The notes below the pieces were generated by a model. That model saw only the letters and a list, made by a program, of their open reading frames with translations. It had not been told where the DNA came from and did not search any database. A stretch of DNA of 64,000 nucleotides from contig CALYQQ010000016.1 of assembly GCA_945288535.1 (NCBI GenBank), positions 1,407-65,406 on the forward strand, in the 5' to 3' direction. Source of the stretch: an uncultured Enterobacterales bacterium. GTDB taxonomy: Bacteria; Pseudomonadota; Gammaproteobacteria; Enterobacterales; CALYQQ01. Made by a program: the position numbers and the translations under genes. Of the stretch, positions 10,838 through 21,174 are shown in pieces. The stretch's first letter is position 1. Every line of letters begins with the position of its first letter.

Positions 10838-11869
10838 ATGAATTTACAACCGAATCAGGTGGTAAACGATGTTACTTTTGTTGCAAGTGCACCTTCTAGT
10901 ATTAATGTATTAGCCCTCGCGCGTCGAGTAGCCGATTACAATGTTCCTGTACTCATTACAGGAGAAACTGGAACAGGAAAAGAATGTGTAGCAAAATATA
11001 TTCATCGGCATTCTTTTAGTCAAGCAGCACCTTATATCGCTGTAAATTGCGCAGCTATTCCAGATAATATGTTAGAAGCTATGTTATTTGGGTATGAAAA
11101 AGGCGCTTTTACAGGGGCAGTATCTGCAGTACAAGGAAAATTTGAGTTAGCCAATGGTGGTACATTATTGCTGGATGAAATTGCAGAAATGCCATTGTTG
11201 TTACAGGCTAAATTATTACGTGTTTTACAAGAACAGGAAATTGAACGTTTAGGAAGTAATAAAAAGATAGTACTTAATATACGCTTAATTACAGCAACTA
11301 ATAAAGATTTAAGTAAAGAAGTAATAAAAGGTAATTTTCGTAGTGATTTATTTTATCGATTATCGGTTATTCCTATTCAGGTTGCACCATTAAGAGATAG
11401 AAAAGAAGATATATTACCATTAACAGAATATTTTATTAAAAAATATAATGCATTTACAAAACGTTCATGCGTATTGTCTGAAATGGCCAAACAGTTTTTA
11501 CAATCTTATTCATGGCCTGGAAATGTTCGTGAATTAGAGAATGTGATCCAGCGGGGTATTATTATGAGTAATGGTAATATAATACATGAAAGCGATCTTA
11601 ATATTGATATAGCAAAAGATACATTACCAATTACTTCGAGTACTAAAGAATACCAATCCATCTCGATGAAAATAAATAAAACAAATAAAGTATTACAGCA
11701 AAAGGGACGCCAGGCTGAATATCAATATATTATTGATTTACTTGAGTATCATCAAGGTAATAAAGCAAGAACAGCACAATATTTAGGCATAACAACGCGC
11801 GCTTTACGGTATCGACTAGCTGCAATGCGTGAACAGGGTTTTAACGTTGAATGTTATTTAAAGGCATAG
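10838..11869 (+). CDS. Sigma54-dependent enhancer-binding protein with no sensory domain; LafK-like (lateral/Flag-2 flagellar regulator family)
   Basis: GETGTGKE, GAFTGA, LLLDE, FRSDLFYRL, WPGNVRELEN, C-terminal HTH LGITTRALRYRLAAMRE typical of FlrC/LafK; only about 12 aa precede the AAA+ domain. Confidence 0.85.
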   Translation: MNLQPNQVVNDVTFVASAPSSINVLALARRVADYNVPVLITGETGTGKECVAKYIHRHSFSQAAPYIAVNCAAIPDNMLEAMLFGYEKGAFTGAVSAVQGKFELANGGTLLLDEIAEMPLLLQAKLLRVLQEQEIERLGSNKKIVLNIRLITATNKDLSKEVIKGNFRSDLFYRLSVIPIQVAPLRDRKEDILPLTEYFIKKYNAFTKRSCVLSEMAKQFLQSYSWPGNVRELENVIQRGIIMSNGNIIHESDLNIDIAKDTLPITSSTKEYQSISMKINKTNKVLQQKGRQAEYQYIIDLLEYHQGNKARTAQYLGITTRALRYRLAAMREQGFNVECYLKA

Positions 11870-12721
11870 ATTGATGTTCTATAATAAATGTGATTTCTAT
11901 ATCAATGTGACAAAGAAAAACTTTACTATATAATTAATGGCCAGTTTTTATTGTAATAAAATTATATATGCTATTTTACTAATTAATATATTTATATAAG
12001 TAAACAAAATATTTATTATTATAAATATAATTGTATTGGATTAATTTAACATGCTATTTTTTGTTTTTTATATAAAATAACTAATAAATATAAGTTTTAC
12101 ATTAATTTGAAAAAAATATAAATATTATTATTTTTTATAATATAGATTTCTTCATTTTTGAAAATATTAGATGATTATTTATTCTTATAATAAATAATAC
12201 TGCTAAATTAGATATATATTATTAACGATTTATTTATAGTTTACTAAAGCTGTTGTCTCATTCAAATATGAAAATATACTTTTTTTATTAAAATTGCTTA
12301 CTTTCATCTTTCTTAATTGCATTTGATAATGATGACTATCAGTGAAGAAGTCCATAATAAATCTTAGTGAGATAAAATGGTAAGCAGGTGGTTGCATAAG
12401 AGTAATGTCAATTAGACAGATGATAAATAGTTACTAGATTTTAATTGGCAATTGGTGATAGCATCATATTGTTATAGTAGCGATGACTAGAACGATATAG
12501 AATCTCTTATCAGCTAAGTTTATTTTTATAGGATAGATATGACATTTCGATGATAAAAATTTACAGTGTTATAGATAAGTATATTTTTGTTCGGTTTTAT
12601 TTTTTTGTGGAAAGTGGTTAATTTCTTATCAATAAAAATGGGTGAATCTGATTAAAAAATTATTAAAAATTAAAAGATAAGCATTTTTAGACGACTAAGT
12701 TTAATTAATCAGGAGAGTTGA

Positions 12722-13741
12722 ATGACTGTTTTGGTAACCGGTGGATGTGGGTATATTGGTAGTCATACTTGTGTTGAGCTCATAAACTCGAAGTATACGC
12801 CTATCATTTTGGATAATTTGTGTAATAGTAAAGCAAGTGTATTAACACGCATAAAAGATATCACTGGTGTATTACCACAATTTTATTATGGTGATGTTAG
12901 AGATCGCCTTCTACTAAATAAAATATTCCTCCAGCATAATATTAAAGCGGTAATTCATTTTGCTGGTTTAAAAGCTGTTGGAGAATCTGTTTTTAAACCA
13001 TTAGAATATTATGATGCTAATGTTTATGGTGCCTTAGTATTGGCACAAGCTATGCGTGATGCAAATGTTAAACATTTTATTTTTAGTTCATCAGCAACTG
13101 TGTATGGTGAACAACCTACGATTCCTTATCATGAAGATATGCCAGTCAGTGAACCGAGTAATCCTTATGGTTATAGTAAACTGATGATTGAACGTTGTTT
13201 ATCTGATTTAGCTCATGCCGAAAAAGAATGGTCTATTACCTTATTACGTTATTTTAATCCTGTTGGTGCTCATCCTTCTGGGTTGATAGGCGAAGATCCT
13301 CAAGGTGTTCCTAATAATCTTATGCCATATATTGCGCAAGTTGCAGTTGGATTGCGACCAACATTATCTATATTTGGTAATGACTATGCAACACCTGATG
13401 GTACATGTATACGAGATTATATTCATGTTGTCGATCTGGCGGAAGGTCATTTAGCTGCATTAAAATCAATGGAGCAACAATCTGCTGGACTACGCATTTA
13501 TAATCTTGGCTCTGGTCAGGGAAATAGTGTTCTAGATGTCATTAGGGCTTTTGAACAAGCAAGTGGCAAAAAAATTAATTGGCAATTTGCACCACGCCGT
13601 GCGGGAGATTTAGCGAGCTATTGGGCTGATCCCTCTAAAGCAAAGCGTGAATTACACTGGCAAACAACACGTAGTTTATATGATATGGCAAATGATGTTT
13701 GGCGCTGGCAATCACAAAATCCAAAAGGTTATCCCGAGTAA
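12722..13741 (+). CDS. galE: UDP-glucose 4-epimerase
   Basis: GGCGYIGSH, HFAGLKAVGES, SSSATVYG, YGYSK, LRYFNPVGAHPSG. Confidence 0.96.
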   Translation: MTVLVTGGCGYIGSHTCVELINSKYTPIILDNLCNSKASVLTRIKDITGVLPQFYYGDVRDRLLLNKIFLQHNIKAVIHFAGLKAVGESVFKPLEYYDANVYGALVLAQAMRDANVKHFIFSSSATVYGEQPTIPYHEDMPVSEPSNPYGYSKLMIERCLSDLAHAEKEWSITLLRYFNPVGAHPSGLIGEDPQGVPNNLMPYIAQVAVGLRPTLSIFGNDYATPDGTCIRDYIHVVDLAEGHLAALKSMEQQSAGLRIYNLGSGQGNSVLDVIRAFEQASGKKINWQFAPRRAGDLASYWADPSKAKRELHWQTTRSLYDMANDVWRWQSQNPKGYPE

Positions 13742-13848
13742 AAATAATGTATTTATTTATCAAATAGTTAGGCTGTAATAGCTAAATACAGTAGTTTTTT
13801 GATATATTTTACTTTTTTATCATTAATATAACTAAGTAATTATATAAA

Positions 13849-13879
13849 TGTTTGGTGGATAGTTTCCGCCAAACAAAAG
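13849..13879. terminator. Hairpin between convergent galE and the acetyltransferase-like gene
   Basis: TGTTTGGTGGA-N5-TCCGCCAAACA with A/T-rich flanks. Confidence 0.6.
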
Positions 13880-14276
13880 TCAAAGGCTATTTTAAATAAA
13901 ATATATTGTTTTACTAGTAATAAGTTATTCTAATTTTGTCGGCTAGCCAGTTTTCAACTTTTTGATTTATATTTACTTTCTTTCAAACAGATACGACTTT
14001 AACAAAGTATGAAAGACTGATTGAAGAACAGGATCATCATTCGGCTATAAATAATATATTAGAAATTACTGTGCTTAATTTATCCTTGTTACAATAAATT
14101 AAATGTAAAATAGTATAGAAAGGGTCATGTGATAAAATTCAGTCTAAATAAAAACGTTTAATAGTATTATATTATAATAATACCTATAAATTACTTATTT
14201 TTAACCTTTTAGCGCATACTTTTCTTATCTTATCTAAAAATATTATCAATGTGCTGGTAAAAATCACTATCTCTAC

Positions 14277-14942
14277 TTAATAGAGTTTTAATTTTATCGC
14301 CTCTTCAGGAGTCGCTTGTAAAATAACCTCTTCTAACTGGGTAGAAGAGACGGATGGTATGGAGGAAATATTAGATTTAGCTTCGACTGAAATGGAATAT
14401 AATATTTGTGCAGGATTTCCTGCAATGGCAACATTGTCAGGAAATGATTTTGTTACAACAGATCCAGCACCTACAATAACATTATTTCCCAATGTAATAC
14501 CTGGTAAAATAACGCTATTTGCGCCAACACATACATGATTTCCTAATGTAATAGGAGATGCATGTTCTATACCTTTTGCACGTAAATAGGGATTGGTTGG
14601 ATAATCAACTGTGTATAATGCAACATTATTAGCTAAAATAACATGATCACCGAACACGATAGGGGCATTATCTACAAGTGTACAATTATTATGAGCCTGA
14701 AAATGGTCACCTAAAAAAATATTAAATCCGTAATGGCAGGTAAAAGGAGATGCAATATTAAATGAATAACGAGTACGTCCTAACATTTGGCGTAGTAAAG
14801 TATTTCTTTCATTTTGATCATCTGGCGCAGTGGCATTAAAAAGAGTACAGAATTGTTGTGCTTTTAATCTTAGCATGGTTAATTCTTTATCATTAATATC
14901 ATATAATTCACCAGAAATCATTTTCTCATATTCACTACACAT
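14277..14942 (-). CDS. Maltose/galactoside O-acetyltransferase family protein (Maa/LacA, hexapeptide repeat) with a degenerate active site
   Basis: EKMISGELY N-terminal Mac domain, PFTCHYG.NI.LG, ILPGITLG..VIVGAGSVVTK, AGNPA; extra C-terminal tail. Confidence 0.85.
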   Translation of the reverse strand: MCSEYEKMISGELYDINDKELTMLRLKAQQFCTLFNATAPDDQNERNTLLRQMLGRTRYSFNIASPFTCHYGFNIFLGDHFQAHNNCTLVDNAPIVFGDHVILANNVALYTVDYPTNPYLRAKGIEHASPITLGNHVCVGANSVILPGITLGNNVIVGAGSVVTKSFPDNVAIAGNPAQILYSISVEAKSNISSIPSVSSTQLEEVILQATPEEAIKLKLY

Positions 14943-15267
14943 AGTTATTCCTATTTACTATATAAAATTTTTATTCTAACTACATAAAACTATATTAATG
15001 CTCTTAGCTATTTTTACATAAATATGGGCTTATTCAGGATTATTATTTTTATTGTCAATAATTTTATATTTTAAATAGATAAATTAAAACTGATAGCCAA
15101 AATAACAACCATATTTTTTAAAAGTAATATTTGTTATGAAATATTTATATGTGTAAGTACATTTTATTAAAATAATATAATGATACTTATAAATTTATAA
15201 AAAATTAACATACGATTATTTTAATTATTTCTAATAAAATAGTTATATGATTTTATTTCCTCTTTAA

Positions 15268-16122
15268 TTAACTATACATATTACCCAGTATTTTACATAA
15301 ATAAAGCAGAACGAAAGTAGCCTGTAAAATACCAACAAAGATACTTAGCATATAAAAAAAGTGAAGGAATGTACAGGAAAGACAAAGTAAAATAAAGAAA
15401 ATTAACAGAAATAACGTAATGTTATATTTATGAAAAATAAAAAAATAACCTAATAGATAGAAGGTAATAGCGCAAGGCATAGCTGGAAATGCTGTCAAAC
15501 CGATATCAAAATAATTGATTAATGTGATTAAAAATGACGTAATTTTCCCTTTAGGTAAAGTAGATGAAAATTGTATAGAAAAAGCATGTAAAGGACCAAT
15601 GGCAGGTAACGCTATATGAAGAATAACGCCACTAAAATAAAGTAGCATTAATCCATGAAAAAAGCATTTTGTTCTAATATTACTACTTTGTCCACCATAA
15701 TAAGTGATGCAAGAAAATAATATGATATAATAAGCTAAATAGCAAAAACTAAAAAATTCAGACAACCAATAGTTATCTATCATTAATAGATTAATTGGTA
15801 AGTAATAGTCTAGCCACATGTCAATTTTTAGTAATAAGCCATCAACAGGCTGCGTATTAAGATTTTTATGAATACTCCATAATAAAGAGTAAAGGTTTAT
15901 TGCGGAAAAAAACTGTATTAATCCTAACCAACGATCGTCTTGAGGTGCTGTTTTAGTCGCTAAATATAGAGCTATAGCAAGTATAAGAGAAAAAAGAAAA
16001 TAATAAAGACTAATTAGTGTTTGCTGGTAAAGTAAACATCCACCACCGAAAAGTGTAATAAAGGCAACAAATAAACACCATAATTGATTGAACACTCTGG
16101 GCCAATTAGTTTTTTTATACAT
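15268..16122 (-). CDS. PAP2/AUR1-like integral membrane protein with degenerate catalytic motifs
   Basis: Multiple TM helices; D..LL.ID, YLAYY, PAIGP, AFPAMPC (cf. AFPSLH) and LHFFYMLS (cf. LRYHY..D) in PAP2_3-like order and spacing. Confidence 0.6.
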   Translation of the reverse strand: MYKKTNWPRVFNQLWCLFVAFITLFGGGCLLYQQTLISLYYFLFSLILAIALYLATKTAPQDDRWLGLIQFFSAINLYSLLWSIHKNLNTQPVDGLLLKIDMWLDYYLPINLLMIDNYWLSEFFSFCYLAYYIILFSCITYYGGQSSNIRTKCFFHGLMLLYFSGVILHIALPAIGPLHAFSIQFSSTLPKGKITSFLITLINYFDIGLTAFPAMPCAITFYLLGYFFIFHKYNITLFLLIFFILLCLSCTFLHFFYMLSIFVGILQATFVLLYLCKILGNMYS

Positions 16123-16872
16123 AAATAAGAAATTTTTCCCAAATGATATAAATTAATGTATAAATAATATTAAATAGAATCAGTATATATCTTCGTTTTC
16201 TTTAACTTATATTTACTGATATTCATATACCTACTATCATAGATACTTTACTTGAGAAGTAAAAATAATAATGCATTAATTAATAATAGTATAAATTGGT
16301 AAATAAATAATTTTAACTTTATTTTTGTATAAGCATATAATTATCTGCTATTTTATTAGTCTATTTAATCTCATATAAAGAATAACTATAAAAATACAAT
16401 TAATTTTTATTTATAATCGCTTCTAATAAAGGCTTTTCTTAATAATACTATAAGGTGGTGATATTAATATTGAAAAGTAAAATATATAAAATAGTTATTT
16501 TATAAACTTTTTATTTAATATAGATAGTAACAATAACAATATTATATTAATTTTAGCTAAAAAATAAAGAATAAAAGTAATATATCACTATTATATAGAA
16601 TATAACTATAAAAACTGTAGGATTTATATTCTTATTTGTATTACATCAATAGTTATAGAAGCGATCATGAAATTAACACTGTTAGATATGGCAATCAGTT
16701 ATTAAAAAAATACATCTTTAATATTGTAAAATAAAATTTTACATAACTAATTATTTAGATACTACTCATTATACTGTCAAAGTAAAAATCTATATAATAG
16801 AAAGACACGACATATTATGTTGTGTTTTTCTATTATACGATAGATTCCTATGAAAACTATAATTAACTTATT

Positions 16873-16973
16873 ATCTTCCGGAAAGATTATTTCAAGATTT
16901 ATGGAAATGCAACTTCCGTATTATATGTAACTTATTGTTTTGTATAAGATGATAAGTTGGAATACTTATTGCA
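16873..16973 (+). promoter_or_regulatory. Putative sigma54 promoter with upstream activator dyads and an IHF-like site
   Basis: TTGGAATACTTATTGCA (GG-N10-GC) at 16957-16973; TAACTTATTGTTT at 16928-16940; GGAA-N7-TTC(C/A) at 16880-16894 and 16903-16917. Confidence 0.6.
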
Positions 16974-17213
16974 AGTTATAAATTGATAATATAATAACTT
17001 ATATAAAATTTTTATTTTTGTTAATTTATTAGTTTATTACTCTAATTTCTTTTGGATGGTTAATAGCCTATTACTAATAATGTCAACTAATTTATATACT
17101 CTGTATCTATTAAAATAAATTTTTATAAAAAAGTTATTTTTATTATGAACTTTTTCGCGTTGCTTCTGCCAAAAGCAATGATTGTTATTTTTTACGTTAA
17201 AATAGGAAAAAAT

Positions 17214-17462
17214 ATGAATGAATTAAATAATATTGAAAATATGATGATTGAGCTTAAAGATGCGGTAATCACTGATAATGAATCAAAAATTAATAGAGTT
17301 GAACATCAAATTAAGGCGTTTCTTGCGCAAAATAGCGATTATAAAAACTTATCTTATATCGAAATGTTGATGGTTAGCAGATTAAATTATTTATTTAAAA
17401 CGATAAAAACAAATTATGAAAAACAAATGGTAACTTTTGAAACATTTTGTGAGCTTGTTTAG
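17214..17462 (+). CDS. Small helical hypothetical protein (82 aa)
   Basis: Open frame 17145-17462; AGGA Shine-Dalgarno before ATG 17214; amphipathic helical pattern; no family confidently recognised. Confidence 0.6.
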   Translation: MNELNNIENMMIELKDAVITDNESKINRVEHQIKAFLAQNSDYKNLSYIEMLMVSRLNYLFKTIKTNYEKQMVTFETFCELV

Positions 17463-17987
17463 CTTACATAATAAAATCTAGTTTCTTTCTATTTTATTAA
17501 TAAAGTAATTACATCTAAATACTATGACCGATTTATAAAGAATAAATAACTATAATAATAGTTTATTAGATTAAGGATAATTAAACCAATAAAATTGGTT
17601 TATGTAAAATAAAAATATATAATAACAATAGAATATAATTCTATTGTTATTATAAATAAAACAAAAAAACACTTGAATTTAATAAAAATACGATATAATG
17701 ACATGGATGTTTTTACTTACTTTGCCGACCACGAATGTTACATTAAAACAATAGGAATTAATGCAGTAAAACCATACCAAAAAAATAAGAATAAATTATT
17801 CTAACTAAATATTTAAAGTAAAATTCCTATTAATCATAGCGTTATAGTAAGTCGTGATGCGTTCATTTTTACTAGATTATAAAAGGAATATGTTTTTTAT
17901 CTGTATAAATAAAATAACACCTATGCTGTTAGAAAATGTAAACCGTGCTGACGATTATTTTGGTGAATTCATCATAAGGAATAGTAA

Positions 17988-18019
17988 GTGTATAGGATAG
18001 ATTTTTCTATCCTATACAC
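17988..18019 (-). terminator. Terminator hairpin of the leu operon
   Basis: Perfect 14-bp stem GTGTATAGGATAGA/TCTATCCTATACAC 11 nt after the leuD stop. Confidence 0.75.
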
Positions 18020-18030
18020 ATTAAATGGAC

Positions 18031-18633
18031 TTATTTCAAAAAGATAAATTGTTTTTTTTCGTAATTATTTATAGCGTCTTCATGTTGTAACGTAAGTCCG
18101 ATGCTATCTAGACCATTTAACATACAATGACGGCGAAAAGGATCAAGAGTAAACGTATATATTTTTGTGCCTGCAGTTACGGTTTGAGCTTCAAGATCAA
18201 TCGTAAATGTAATACCTTCTTGTTGTTCAACAAGTTTAAATAATGCATCTACATCTTTTTCGCCTAATGTAATAGGCAATAATTGATTATTAAATGCATT
18301 GCTATAAAAAATATCAGCGTAGCTTGGTGCGATAATTGCACAAAATCCATAATCGGTTAGTGCCCATGGAGCATGCTCACGCGATGAACCACACCCAAAA
18401 TTTTCCCGAGTAAGTAAAATACTGGCATGACGATAATGAGGTTTATTTAAAATAAAATCTGGATTTGGTTGTTGACCAGCATTATCAAGAAAACGCCAAT
18501 CATTAAATAAATGTTGACCAAAGCCTGTACGGGTAACTTTTTGCAAAAATTGCTTAGGAATAATTGCATCCGTATCAATATTTGCTATATCTAAAGGTGC
18601 AACAATACCTGTATGTTGGGTAAATTTAGCCAT
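18031..18633 (-). CDS. leuD: 3-isopropylmalate dehydratase small subunit
   Basis: [26 protein letters not shown]. Confidence 0.98.
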   Translation of the reverse strand: MAKFTQHTGIVAPLDIANIDTDAIIPKQFLQKVTRTGFGQHLFNDWRFLDNAGQQPNPDFILNKPHYRHASILLTRENFGCGSSREHAPWALTDYGFCAIIAPSYADIFYSNAFNNQLLPITLGEKDVDALFKLVEQQEGITFTIDLEAQTVTAGTKIYTFTLDPFRRHCMLNGLDSIGLTLQHEDAINNYEKKQFIFLK

Positions 18634-18645
18634 AAAAAAATCTCT

Positions 18646-20046
18646 TTAACTGAAGTCTCTAACATCTGTAAAATGGCCCATAATAGCGGCAGCTGCCGCC
18701 ATAGGAGGGCTAACTAGATGAGTGCGTGAATCACGTCCTTGACGACCTTCAAAATTGCGATTACTTGTCGATGCACAACGTTCCCCAGGAGATAACTTAT
18801 CATCATTCATCGCTAGGCACATCGAACAACCGGGTAAGCGCCATTCAAAACCAGCATCTGTAAAGATTTTATCTAGACCCTCTGCTTCAGCTTGTGTTTT
18901 TACGGGTCCTGAGCCCGGTACAACAATGGCTTGTACTCCACAGGCAACTTTCTTGCCTTTAACAATTGCAGCTGCTGCGCGTAAGTCTTCGATTCGCGAA
19001 TTAGTACAAGAGCCAATAAAAACTTTATCTATAGTAATGTCTGTTAATTTCGTACCGGGTTTAAGCTGCATATAAGCTAATGCTTTTTTGGCAGATGCGC
19101 GCTCAATAGGATCGGAAAAAGAGTCAGGGTCAGGGATTATTTCATTAATTGCCATTACTTGACCAGGATTGGTTCCCCAAGTCACTTGTGGCGCAATATT
19201 GGCTGCATTTAATGTTACTACTTTATCAAAAATAGCATCTGCATCGGTTTTTAAGGTAGTCCAATAATCTACGGCTTGTAACCATAATTCACCTTTAGGT
19301 GCGAACTGACGATTTTTTAAATAGTCAAATGTTGTTTGATCAGGTGCGACTAATCCTGCTTTTGCGCCCATTTCAATGGCCATGTTACATAAGGTCATAC
19401 GACCTTCCATTGAAAGACTTTCAATTGTTTCTCCACAAAATTCGACGACATGTCCAGTTCCACCGGCATGACCAATTTTACTAATAATTGCCAATATAAT
19501 ATCTTTAGCAGTAATAGCATCAGATACCTTACCTATAACCTCAATCTTCATTGTTTTCGCGCGCGCTTGTTTTAACGTTTGCGTCGCTAATACATGCTCA
19601 ACTTCTGAAGTACCAATACCAAAGGCTAAAGCGCCAAATGCACCATGTGTTGCGGTATGAGAGTCACCACAAACAATTGTCATACCAGGCAAAGTAATAC
19701 CTTGTTCAGGACCGATAACATGTACAATCCCTTGGAAGGGATGATTTAAATCGTATAAAGAAACATTAAATTCGGCACAGTTTTTAATTAATTCTTGTAA
19801 TTGTATACGGGCCATTTCACCACACGCATTAATATCTTTACTGCGAGTAGAAGTATTGTGATCCATGGTGGCAAAAGTTTTACTTGGCTGACGAAGCCGA
19901 CGATTTTTAGCACGGAGGCCATCAAAGGCTTGTGGCGAAGTGACTTCATGGAGCAAATGACGGTCAATATATAATAATGGTGTTTCATTAGTCGCTTCAT
20001 AAACAACATGAGCGTCATACAGTTTTTCATATAATGTTTTACCCAT
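18646..20046 (-). CDS. leuC: 3-isopropylmalate dehydratase large subunit
   Basis: [43 protein letters not shown]. Confidence 0.98.
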   Translation of the reverse strand: MGKTLYEKLYDAHVVYEATNETPLLYIDRHLLHEVTSPQAFDGLRAKNRRLRQPSKTFATMDHNTSTRSKDINACGEMARIQLQELIKNCAEFNVSLYDLNHPFQGIVHVIGPEQGITLPGMTIVCGDSHTATHGAFGALAFGIGTSEVEHVLATQTLKQARAKTMKIEVIGKVSDAITAKDIILAIISKIGHAGGTGHVVEFCGETIESLSMEGRMTLCNMAIEMGAKAGLVAPDQTTFDYLKNRQFAPKGELWLQAVDYWTTLKTDADAIFDKVVTLNAANIAPQVTWGTNPGQVMAINEIIPDPDSFSDPIERASAKKALAYMQLKPGTKLTDITIDKVFIGSCTNSRIEDLRAAAAIVKGKKVACGVQAIVVPGSGPVKTQAEAEGLDKIFTDAGFEWRLPGCSMCLAMNDDKLSPGERCASTSNRNFEGRQGRDSRTHLVSPPMAAAAAIMGHFTDVRDFS

Positions 20047-20051
20047 TTTTC

Positions 20052-21161
<1,110 letters not shown>

Positions 21162-21174
21162 CTATTTACTCAAT

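Noticed and set aside
11870-12721. Possible sigma54 promoter for galE (TTGGCAATTGGTGATAGC at about 12445)
   Set aside because: GG-to-GC spacing is 12 rather than the required 10.
13966-14097. Stop-free stretch (...TKYERLIEEQDHHSAINNILE...) downstream of galE
   Set aside because: Short, with no convincing start or RBS and no recognisable family; cannot be supported as a gene or pseudogene.
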